In this document: one piece after another, positions 53,916-64,000 of the stretch
Layout: every line of letters starts with the position of its first letter
Position numbering within the stretch: the stretch's first letter is position 1
Assembly (NCBI RefSeq): GCF_006345805.1
Contig: NC_043022.1
Coordinates: forward strand, 25,234,001-25,298,000
Direction: 5' to 3'
Origin: Octopus sinensis
Lineage: Eukaryota
DNA length: 64,000 nucleotides
Notes under the pieces: generated by a model
The model's database searches: none
The model's input: the letters and a program-made list of their open reading frames with translations, nothing else
What the model was told of the DNA's origin: nothing
Position numbers and translations under genes: made by a program

Positions 53916-55549
53916 TATATGTGTGTATATATATATATATATTATTTATTTTATATATTTATTTATAGATATATTTATTTATAATTAGATAAATCTAATA
54001 ATTATTATATATCGTTATTTTGAGTTCAAATTCGTCAATTCGTCATGTGATCTTTCCCTTCCTGCCAATGGGAACAACATAGTGGGGTAGAGAGTGGAGG
54101 CTGGTATGCATGGGCAACTGCTGCTTTTGGTCTTCCATAAAACAACCTTGCCCGGACTTGTGCCTCAGAGGGTAACTTTTTAGCTGCAATCCCATGTATT
54201 GTTGGTTGTAGATTGTTTCTCATATCTTCTATGATAAAATGTTGAGATGCTAAACTTTAAGTTTATAGTGTATGTTTCCTGATATGGTTTAGGGTATTTG
54301 ATGGCCCGACTTCATTGCCTAGTCCTCTTGTAATATGCTTCCATGCTAAGGCGGCGAGCTGGCAGAAACGTTAGCACGCCGGGCAAAATGCTTAGCAGTA
54401 TTTTGTCTGTGTTTATGTTCTGAGTTCCAATTCTGCTGAGGTCGACTTTGCCTTTCATCCTTTCGGGGTCAATAAATTAAGTACCAGTTACGCACTGGGG
54501 TCGATGTAATCAACTTTATCCCTTTGTCTGTCCTTGTTTGTCCCCTCTATGTTTAGCCCCCTGTGGGCAATAAAGAAATAAGTATTTTGTCTGTGTTTAT
54601 GTTCTGAGTTCAAATTCTGCTGAGGTCAACTTTGCCTTTCATCCTTTCGGGGTTGATAAATTATGTACCAGTTGTGTACTGGGGTCAATCTAATCGACTG
54701 GCCCCCTCCCCAAAAATTTCAGACCTTGTGCCTAGGGTAGAAAAGAATATGTTTCCAAGCTTTTCTTTGAGTCATCTTCATTTTCCATATTTATCCATTG
54801 TGGTTTACTTTTCATTATAGAGTTTTCTCTATTGTTTGTTTCCAATATTGTCTTCACCACAATTTTGTGGATTTATATTCATGTTTCATATCCTGTTTCT
54901 ACAATTATTGGAGATTTCCCTGAATTTGGCCATTATTTCAATCAGATATTTCAACCAGCATGGAGGTGTCTATTGTTTTAAACTTTTCCCCATATTGTAC
55001 TTTTCATGCCTGTAGAAGAGTAATATCGGTATCTAGACAACAGAATGCTAAACCTGCACGTACTTCCATTTCCTGTTGATGTTCATTGTCTGTTTTTTTT
55101 GGGTTTTTTTTCTTAAATGAGAAACTTTTCTAGTAGGATTTGTTTTCTCTTTGTTTGCCAATACCGATGTTTATAACGTTATTGTGAACGATTCAGTAAG
55201 TGTGTGTGTGTGTGTTTGAATGTGGTATACACACACACACACACATGCAGAGAGGCATATGCAAACATCAGTAATAGGAATAAATATTTTGCCAGTATAA
55301 ACAAGAATATTTTTTTGTTATCTCCTAAGTTTAAAGAAAAACCTCGGTGAAATAGCATGATTCAGTCTCAGAGTTATAAGATAAGAAGCTGCGCAGTAAA
55401 AGTATCGGGAAAAAATACCTTGCAGCATTTATTGCAGCTCTTTACATTCTGAGTTCGAATCCTGCCAAGACTTCCACAGTTGATAAAACAGGGTATTGGT
55501 CTACTACTGGGGCTGATAGTATTAACTGACACCTTCCCTCAGAAGAGAT

Positions 55550-56240
55550 TATTATCATTATTATTATTACCTTTGCACAGCTTCTAACGCTGGACATGTA
55601 TCACAGTGTCAGCTGTTCACTACCAGTGAACTAAGGTAACACTCCTTATTTTTCAAGCACCTTCCAGAGTATTTGAGCGGTTCCAAGCAGTGCTGTTTTT
55701 TGCAAGTGCTCCACCCTTAATGCAGCCCCTATTTGTTCCATGTACTTCTCAAGATTTTTACTCACTGTTCCCTGGGCTCCGGCAATTATTGGTACTACTA
55801 CCACCTTTTTCATCAACCACAACTGCTTAACCTCCCAAGCTAACCTGTCATATCTTTCGACTTTTCTTTCTTCCTTATCGCATACCTTGTTGTCAGCTGG
55901 GCATGCTATATCTTTGATCCAACATAGTTTGCTTTCTTTCTCAATTAAGACTATGTCTGGCTTCCTATTCTCTAACTCATGGTTGCACTGAATCATAAAA
56001 TCCCACAGGATCTTTGCATTATCATTTTCAATGATGCCTTTGGGTTTGTGGTCATACCAATATTTTGCTCTGTCAAGTCCATACTTGTGACGAAATGTCC
56101 AATAGACAAGTGTTGCTATATTGTTGTGCCATCTCTTATATTCCTTCTGGCTTGTGGCGTACATTGGCTGGTAATATGCCATACGGTTTCACCATTTTAT
56201 CCACAAATTCTGCACTTATCACTTTCTGATGCATTGTCTG
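55550..56240 (-). mobile_element. 5'-truncated R4/Dong-like non-LTR retrotransposon (CCHC knuckle plus restriction-like endonuclease), with 3' UTR and (AAT)n tail
   Basis: Minus strand CRICG*NGETVWHITSQC (CX2CX8HX4C), then after a frameshift ORF 55646-56182 with KEYKRWHNN, LWDF, RKPDIVL..IKDIACP (PD-(D/E)xK). (ATT)n on both flanks. Confidence 0.85.
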
Positions 56241-57302
56241 TTCTATTATTATTACTATTATTATCATCATCATTATTATTTTAAACTTTGAACCCATGCA
56301 TGGAATCTGTGATATAAATTCCAATCAATTATGAGTATCAATTATATATTATTAAAGGTATTATAAATCATTATCGTCATTATTAAATGATAATAATGTT
56401 AATATTAATAATAGGCGCAAGAGTGGCTGTGTGGTAGGTAGCTTGCTTACCAACCTCATGTTTCCGGGTTCAGTCCCACTGTGTGGCAACTCGGGCAAGT
56501 GTCTTCTACTATAGCCTCGGGCTGACCAAAGCCTTGTGAGTGGATTTGGTAGACGGAAACTGAAAGAAGCCTGTCGTACGTATGTATATATGTATATGTA
56601 TGTGTGTGTATATGTTTGTGTGACTGATTGTTCCCCCACCATCGCTTGACAACCGATGCTGGTGTGTTAACATCCCTGTAACTTAGCGGTTTGGCAAAAG
56701 AGACCGATAGAATAAGTACTATGCTTACAAAGAATAAGTCCTGGGTTCGATTTGCTTGACTAAAGGCAGTGCTCCAGCATGGCTGCAGTCAAATGACTGA
56801 AACAAGTAAAAGAGTAAAAAAGTATTACTTTCATTTTTATGTTCATTTTTCAATGAATATGTTATTCAAGCAGTGTTTTTATATCCAAATGCCCTTTCTG
56901 ATGCTGACCCTTGTTTTTTAAACATGGAAGATTTTACTCCATACGGGTTTGAAAGCATGGAGTGATTGGACAATTTATTGACAGAAGTACTGGCAACATT
57001 GCAACTATTATGGAAGTGAGCATAAATATAACCAAACACGCATGCTCACACACACACACACATGCACACACACATTCACATATATTTACATAGTTTTTAT
57101 ATATATGATGGGTTTCTTTGCAGTTTCTTTCCAACAAATTTATTCACAAAGCCCTGGGATATATTATTATGTCCCATGCAGGTGGATTGAAGCCAAAATC
57201 ATTTCAGAAGTGAAATTCTTACACACTCACAAACACACACCCATGGCACAGGTATCACAACTACTATTTCTATTGATATTTACATGAACATGAACATCGA
57301 AA

Positions 57303-57795
57303 TAAATATCAATGGAAATAGTAGTTGTGATACCTGTGCTGGTGGCACATAAAAAGCACCATCCGAACGTGGCCGTTGCCAGCGCCGCCTCGACTGGCTT
57401 CTGTGCCGGTAGCACATAAAAAATACCATCTGAACGTGGCCAATGCCAGTGCCGCCCCGACTGGCTTCTGTGCTGGTTGCACATAAAAAGCACCATCCGA
57501 ACGTGGCCTTTGCCAGCGCCGCCTTGGCTGGCTTCCGTGCCGGTGGCACGTTAATAGCTTCAACCGATTGTGGCCGATGCTAGACCCCCCCCCCCTGGCA
57601 CCTGTGCAGGTGGCACGTAAAAAGCACCCACTACACTCGCAGAGTGGTTGGCGTTAGGAAGGGCATCCAGCTGTAGAAACTCTGCCAGATCAGACTGGAG
57701 CCTGGTGCAGCCCCTGGCTTCCCAGACCCCGGTCGAACTGTCCAACCCGTGCTAGCGCGGAAAAACGGACGTTAAACGATGATAATGATGATGAT
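57303..57795 (+). mobile_element. RTE-like retroposon 3' end with internal 67-bp tandem array and (GAT)n tail
   Basis: GGAGTGGTTGGCGTTAGGAAGGGCATCCAGCTG...CCCATGCTAGCATGGAAAACGGACGTTAAACGATGATGAT core. Units start at 57336, 57403, 57470, 57537 and 57604. Other copies at 37935-38165, 39131-39330, 41769-41970 and 61021-61105. Confidence 0.75.
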
Positions 57796-57994
57796 ATATA
57801 AATAAGAAAAAAACCACCTTTTATCAATTCAAAATGAACAATTAAATTACACCATCTAGAAAATTGCATATAATAGAAATATATATATATTATATTGTAT
57901 GAAATTTGATTTAGTATTTCTAAATTGAATTTTTTTCCTTGTAAGTTTTGGATTTTATTCCCTCAAATATTAATAATTGTATATATATATGTAT

Positions 57995-58182
57995 AGTGAG
58001 AATTTACAAAAGCAAAAGACGAAGACGGGTGTGTAAACAACAGACAGATATATTAGTTTAACACTCGGGAAGTGAGAAAGACTTTTACGTTTCGAGCCTA
58101 TGCTCTTCAACAGAAAGGAACACAAAAATAAACAGGGAGAGAAAATAGAAAAAGGTTTAGTGTCTAATGATCTATCATGGCG
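57995..58182 (-). mobile_element. Penelope-like repeat copy
   Basis: Reverse complement of 58082-58117 reads CTTT CTGTTGAA GAGC ATAG GCTC GAAACGT A AAAG. Confidence 0.55.
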
Positions 58183-58591
58183 AATCCTCATAAAGCACAT
58201 CTGCTTATTCTGGCTATCAGTAGTATGAAGCAGGTGTTTTATCTTTAAAGAGAAAAATTTTTTATACAAGTTGAAGAATGTATATATTAAAACAAAAACT
58301 GGAATATATAGTATTATCTTTAATTTATGTAATTCTGTGGTTACAGTTGTTTCAGTGTATGTGTATATGTATATGAAATGTTTGTTATCAATGAGATATT
58401 ATGTGACAGCTGTTTCGGTACATTTCAGTATTGCTTTGAAAGTAGAATTTTTTTTCTTTTAGTGTTGATCAATTTAATACCAGTTCAAGTTTTATGACTA
58501 ACATATGTATGCTTTGTATGTAATAAACCTTCTATGACTTTATTATAATTATTTGAGTATTATATTTGGTATTTTATTTATATCTTTGCAG

Positions 58592-59057
58592 GGGGAACGA
58601 GAGGTTTACAAGGCAGCCGTTTCCAAGGTCGTGGCCAAGGTCGAGGTAGTTTCCTTCTCAGCAGTTTCAGTGCAGGAGGTGGTCCTGGCGGGGCTGGCCT
58701 CTTTAATGGGAGTATGTTGTCGTCGTCGTTGTCGTCCTCATTCGTCAGCGGCAGTGGAGGAGGAATAGGGGGAGGCAGCAGCAGCAGCAGCACCAACAAC
58801 AGCGGCATTGGCAGTGGCAGCGGCCCCTTGCCGGACTATGGCGGCTCCAGTGTGGGTGATTTTTCTTCACTGAAGGGCTGGGGTGGCATGAGTATGCCGC
58901 CGGTGTCTTTCCGACTTGGAGCTACCTTGAACAGTAACAGCAGCAATAGCAATAACAGCAGCAACATCGTCAGCAACAACAGCAACTATTGCTACCAGCC
59001 ACCACCCAGTAAGCGGCCAAGGAGTCAGGACTATACCATTGCCAACTCCTCAGGGGA
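58592..59057 (+). CDS. Internal (or alternative last) coding exon of an unidentified gene; RG/Gly/Ser/Asn-rich low-complexity region with basic PPPSKRPR motif
   Basis: Acceptor ttatatctttgcAG at 58590-58591. Phase-1 start gives an open frame GTRGLQGSRFQGRGQGRGSF...PPPSKRPRSQDYTIANSSG. GC-rich unique sequence among AT repeats. Donor GA|gtgagg at 59058; if unspliced the frame stops at TGA 59059-59061. Confidence 0.75.
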
Positions 59058-59219
59058 GTGAGGGATTGAGGGAGCAAGTCTGTACTTTGACCAAATCATT
59101 CTGTGTACTTTGTTTTGTTTTTTTTTCCTTCTTGGCTATATTGCATAAATATTGTAAAAGTGTCTGTATGTGTATGTATGTGTGCATGCATGTGTGTTTG
59201 TGAGTATATGTGTGTGTGT

Positions 59220-59302
59220 ATATATATGTCTGTGTGTGTATAGATATATATATATATTATATATATATATATAGATATATATATATATATATGTATATAT
59301 GG

Positions 59303-59334
<32 letters not shown>

Positions 59335-59422
59335 ATATATATATAAATTAATGTATATATATATAAATATGTATATATATATAATATATATAAGATATGT
59401 ATATATTATATATATAAATGTG

Positions 59423-59454
<32 letters not shown>

Positions 59455-59582
59455 AATATATATATAAATATATATATATATAAATATATATAATATATAA
59501 ATATATATAAATATATATATATAATAAATATATATTATATATATAGATATATAATATATATATTATATATATATATATATAT

Positions 59583-59615
<33 letters not shown>

Positions 59616-59627
59616 GTATATATATAA

Positions 59628-59659
<32 letters not shown>

Positions 59660-59840
59660 TATATATATAATATTATATATATAAATATATATATATATAT
59701 GTATATATAAATATATATATATATATAATATATATAATATATATAATATATATATATTATATATATATATTATATAATATATATATAATATTATATATAT
59801 ATCCCTATATATATATATATGTATATATATATGTATATAC

Positions 59841-59893
<53 letters not shown>

Positions 59894-59910
59894 ACATATA
59901 TAATATATAC

Positions 59911-59945
<35 letters not shown>

Positions 59946-59956
59946 CATATATATAT
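59220..59956. repeat. About 740-bp interrupted (TA)n microsatellite filling most of an intron
   Basis: Directly visible. Confidence 0.95.
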
Positions 59957-59985
59957 GAGTGTATGTATTTTTTATTAATATTTAG

Positions 59986-60041
59986 CAGAAAACAGAGTGA
60001 CTCTGACTCACGTGATGAGAGTCCTGTGCGTTGTGCATTTG
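59986..60041 (+). CDS. Coding exon (D/E)(R)[17 protein letters not shown] with tandem TAGCAG acceptor
   Basis: Acceptor ttttattaatattTAG/CAG and strong donor TTG|gtaagt at 60042. Its phase-2 start matches the phase-2 donor at 59057. Confidence 0.6.
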
Positions 60042-60240
60042 GTAAGTGCAATGCACAAAACTCTCGGCCCTTGAGTCATTCTTTTGCTTCTGCTAAATAT
60101 TAATAAATATATGCATACTTATCTATCTATCTATATATATATATTTGAATGTTTGAGGTTTCTTTTTTCGTATGTATGTCTCTGTATACATGTGTATTGG
60201 TGTATGTGAGTGTATGTTTCTTCCTTGTGTGTGTGTGTGT

Positions 60241-60295
<55 letters not shown>

Positions 60296-60694
60296 GTTGT
60301 TGACCCATCGTGAGGTGGTTGGGTTGGGTTGGGTGCAGTGTGGCTGTATGTGGGAAGCGTTAGGGTTTTATGAAATACGAAGGGGAAAAAACCCCATCCC
60401 TACTAGAGAGACAAAACAAACTATAACAACTACAAAAAACTGTATCAACAACACAACAATAACAACAGCAACAACAACAGCAAATAGTAATGAGAACAAC
60501 AAGACTGGTGCATGTGTGTGGGGGTGGGTGGGAGTAGGGGATCAATGAGTAAATAGAGAAGAAATCAAAACTCAAAGAATGGTGGGGTGATGTGTGTGTG
60601 TGAGTGTGGTCTTATATATATATATGTGTGCAGTGTATGTAATGTGTGTGCGTTGTGTTGTGTTGTATGTGTGTGTAGTTATGTGTAGCTGTGC

Positions 60695-61000
60695 GGATGT
60701 AGCGTAGCTAAATGGTCAAGTAGTTTGCTTTGCAACCTTGAGGCCCCGAGTTCGATCCCACTGTCTGGCATCTTGGTCAAGTGTCATGTATCGTAGCCCC
60801 TGGTCAACCTCAAAATTTTTTGAGTGAGGGTGGGTTAACAGGAAATGTACCGAGGAAGTCCATTGGAGGGATTGCAGCTGCAAGTCAAACGCTTAGCCTT
60901 GTCACACCTTGTATCACATGTCTGTGGGTTACTCAGCCACTAACATACAAATTTAATGAGCAGTTCCCTTGATTGAGGACTCATCATTGAAATCAATGGA
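60695..61000 (+). mobile_element. Old, diverged tRNA SINE; related diverged minus-strand SINE at about 9035-9300
   Basis: B box GAGTTCGATCCC followed by GGCATCTTGGTCAAGT and a CTCAGCCACT-containing 3' domain. Confidence 0.5.
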
Positions 61001-61103
61001 GATCCATATATATATATATGTGCAGCCTTCTGGCTTCCCAGACCCCAGTTGAACCGTCCAACCCATGCTAGCATGGAAAGCGGACGTTAAACGATGATGA
61101 TGA

Positions 61104-61147
<44 letters not shown>

Positions 61148-61574
61148 TCGAGTTATGTGTGTATATAATATGAGTTGTGTATGTGTGTATAGTTTAGCTC
61201 CATGTTAGTTTTAATCGAGTAGGCAGATCTATGAAGAAAGGTGCTCCGACAGTGACCACCACATCTATTTACAGTTACATTGTATAATGTGTCCTTTCCT
61301 TTATGGTAGGGTGTGAGATATTTTACACTGAGGATTGGCTGCTATTTCCAGCATGTCTCTATTGGCTCCTGTGTATTGCACAGGTTGTGTGTATGTATTG
61401 TGTAACTGGATATGCTGTTTAAGTGTGTGTTTGTGTGTGTGTCTGTGTCTATGTGGTATGTTATGGTGAGCGATGAGTGGGCCAGCTAAATTATTTAAAC
61501 TTAAAGAATCAAAGAAATTTTGGAATTCTATGTATCTAGTCTATGTGTGTGTGTATATATATATATATATGTAT

Positions 61575-61759
61575 ATTTGTGGGCTAAGACTACCAATGGT
61601 TTCATGTTAAGGAAACCCTTAACAATTGCAAAGTCTATCTCATGGAACATCAGTGTTTGTCTCCATTTTGGGTTGAAACATTTATGTTTCATGTGATAGG
61701 CTTGTTAATTGTTAATGGTTTCCTTAACATGAAACCAATGGTAGTCTTAATCCACAAAT
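61575..61759. mobile_element. Palindromic MITE, about 80-bp arms and about 17-nt loop
   Basis: ATTTGTGGGCTAAGACTACCAATGGTTTCATGTTAAGGAAACC versus GGTTTCCTTAACATGAAACCAATGGTAGTCTTAATCCACAAAT. Confidence 0.75.
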
Positions 61760-61865
61760 TAAGAATCTTTATCCACCAGTGCAGTATAGAACACTCATTC
61801 TTATTGTTCCATATATATATATGTATATATAGTTGATGTGATAGCCATATCTTTCTAGTCAACTA

Positions 61866-61909
<44 letters not shown>

Positions 61910-63037
61910 ATAGTTGATGGGATAGCCATATCTTTCTAGTCAAGAAGGGGAGATGAAGTTGGCAAACACAGCATATTGTAGTGTGTTTTTTTATTTCTTT
62001 TATATTTTGATTAAGATATTTAAAAAAATTTATCCTAACAGTTTTTTTTTGTATATTATATTTTAAGTAATTGACAGTTAATAATTAACATACTTCCTCT
62101 TCTTTTGTCAATTATATATTCTTTAGACTGTGTTTATTGAAGATGAAATATGTGTGTTTGTGTGTGTGTGTGTGTTGTGAATAAGTTCACATTTGTATGT
62201 TTAATAAATATACACCCGTGAGGCAGTGAGCTGGCACAACTGTTAGCATGCTTGGCCAAATGCTTAGCAGCATGTTGTCTGCTCAGAATGTTCTGAGTTC
62301 AAATTCTGCTGAGGTTGACTTTGTCTTTCATCCTTTTGGGGTTGACAAAATAAGTACCAGTTGCATACTGGTGTCAATGTAATTGACCTGCCCCCCTCCC
62401 CAACATTGCAGGCCCTGTGCTAAAAGTATGAAGCCGATAGATATCCACTCACACTCAGCCTCACATTCACGCTGCCTGCATGTGTAGAATATTCTTGAAG
62501 TTGATGTAAGTTTATGTGATGTAAAAGACGTAGTTTTGATGTTTTGTGTAGGGTACTCTTTGTCGGATTAAGGAAATGTGATGGAAGGCTGTGAATAAAG
62601 TTGACAAGGTTTGGGGCTTTAGTTGTTGAATTTGTTTTAGCAATTTGGTTAAGGCAATACTGGAACACTCAATTGCAAACCTGTTCAACCCACTTCATCA
62701 TAGTTTGTGAGGGGACAGTGGGTAAGAAGAAAGAAAGAAAGAAAAAGGAAAGTAACTTAACCTACATAAAACCTGTTGTTGATGATGGTGATGATGACTA
62801 TAGTGATGATTGTAGTTTTGCTTATAAGACAGTACTGATGGTTAGTTATAATGATGATGGTGATGGTGATAGAAATAGTGGTTGTATTGATGATGTGGAT
62901 GACTATCGTGGTTGATTGATGAGAGAATGATATTGATTGTGATTGGGGTTATGGTGGCAATAACAACAGCAATGTTGATGGTGATGGTTATGGTGATGAT
63001 GGTGATGATAATGACAGTTTAACAATTTCTTTGTCAG

Positions 63038-63099
63038 ATGAGGAGATGAAACAAATTCACAATGAGAAAAACGCAGAGAAATCTAACGTAACCAACTAA
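63038..63099 (+). CDS. Probable terminal coding exon DEEMKQIHNEKNAEKSNVTN*
   Basis: Acceptor aatttctttgtcAG at 63036-63037. Its phase-1 start matches the donor at 60041 (..RCAF-D-EEMK..). TAA at 63097-63099. Confidence 0.5.
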
Positions 63100-63279
63100 G
63101 CAAGATACATCTGTTGTTTCACCGCCTCTGGTGATGACAACAGCGGCAACAACAACAAGAAGAGGGTAATGAGGCTTTGGACAATGTGATCCTACCTAGA
63201 TGCACTGTATCTGAAAAAAGAGTAAAAGAGTCATAACTGGCTTATCTTTTGATTGTAGATCTATTTTGAGTAAAACTGA

Positions 63280-63369
63280 CCTTATATTTTTGAGCAAGGG
63301 AATCTAGTACTCCGACTCAGCTCAAAACACTAGTGGGAATGCTAGATTCCCTTGTTTGAAAATATAAGG
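63280..63369. repeat. 90-bp inverted repeat in the putative 3' UTR
   Basis: CCTTATATTTTTGAGCAAGGGAATCTAG versus CTAGATTCCCTTGTTTGAAAATATAAGG. Confidence 0.75.
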
Positions 63370-63674
63370 ACACAGATTGTGTCGTATAGCCAGCTTGAGA
63401 TGATGTCTCCTGGGGCTAAATTACAGCAACATTAGTCCTAAACCAGGACTGCCATGCTGTGTTGGCAAACAGTCTTTACTACAAAGTACTGCTGCTGAAT
63501 ATCTCACGTTATGAGATTTGTGCATGCATTAAAATAACCATATATAATCTACACTTCTTACCCCTAGACATGGTTCTATGTTTGTAGTGGTAATTTGTAT
63601 ATAAAATTATATAATATATATATATGTATGTGTGTGTGTGTGTAAAAGAAAGAGATGTGACAGAGGAATAAATT

Positions 63675-63832
63675 ATTATATTATGAACTTCATTGGCTCA
63701 CAGCTGTTTCTGCTACAGATGCAGTGAGCTCATAGTTGAGTGCCTGAATAACACCTTATTGATTCATTGGAGCTGAATCCACGACATCTTATAGCAGAAA
63801 TAGCTGTAAGGTAATGAAGTCCATAAGATAAT
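63675..63832. mobile_element. MITE with about 43-bp imperfect TIRs
   Basis: TTATGAACTTCATTGGCTCACAGCTGTTTCTGCTA versus TAGCAGAAATAGCTGTAAGGTAATGAAGTCCATAA. Confidence 0.65.
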
Positions 63833-64000
63833 CATATATTTCTTTTTCTCCTCTCTTTTTTTATTACTGCTCTATATTCATCTAGCACTCTGTTTTGAAA
63901 TATGCGTATATTGAGTTCTACACCAGGTTATTAACCTTGGAATGCCGAAATGAATAATGTGTGTGTGGTGTGTGTATGTGTATATATAATATATATATAT

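Noticed and set aside
57336-57625. CRISPR array
   Set aside because: The apparent spacers are homologous to each other, the array lies inside a retroposon, the context is eukaryotic and there are no cas genes.
62641-62721. Extra phase 1-1 exon (IWLRQYWNTQLQTCSTHFIIVCEGTV)
   Set aside because: Splice signals are plausible, but it is not needed for phase and the peptide is unconvincing. It remains a possible cassette.

Overview
Eukaryotic, AT-rich, microsatellite-saturated genomic DNA. The SINE, MITE and LINE families look like those of coleoid cephalopods, most likely Octopus (my recognition, not a database result). Almost every ORF in the supplied track is a translation of (TA)n, (CA)n, (TCTA)n or trinucleotide repeats and is not a gene. 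The window appears to be mostly long introns of one plus-strand protein-coding gene that I cannot name. Its 3' end can be spliced in phase by hand: 58592-59057 (RG/Gly/Ser-rich, PPPSKRPR), 59986/59989-60041 and 63038-63099 (stop). Several small upstream exon candidates are weaker. The introns hold about 20 copies of a CORE-like tRNA SINE, about 18 copies of a second tRNA SINE, RTE-like 3' ends, CR1/RTE/R4-type LINE relics, piggyBac- and mariner-type MITEs, foldback MITEs and minisatellites. The most notable observation is a dispersed Penelope-like repeat (5 copies) carrying a minimal type-I hammerhead-ribozyme architecture with a non-canonical core (CUGUNGA+A). Also notable are recurrent 37-38 bp snap-back inverted duplications at the 5' ends of RTE-like copies, elements embedded in (AAT)n tracts, and a stop codon hidden inside a splice donor. 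Repeat boundaries are approximate (about +/-10 bp); splice and motif coordinates were counted by hand.
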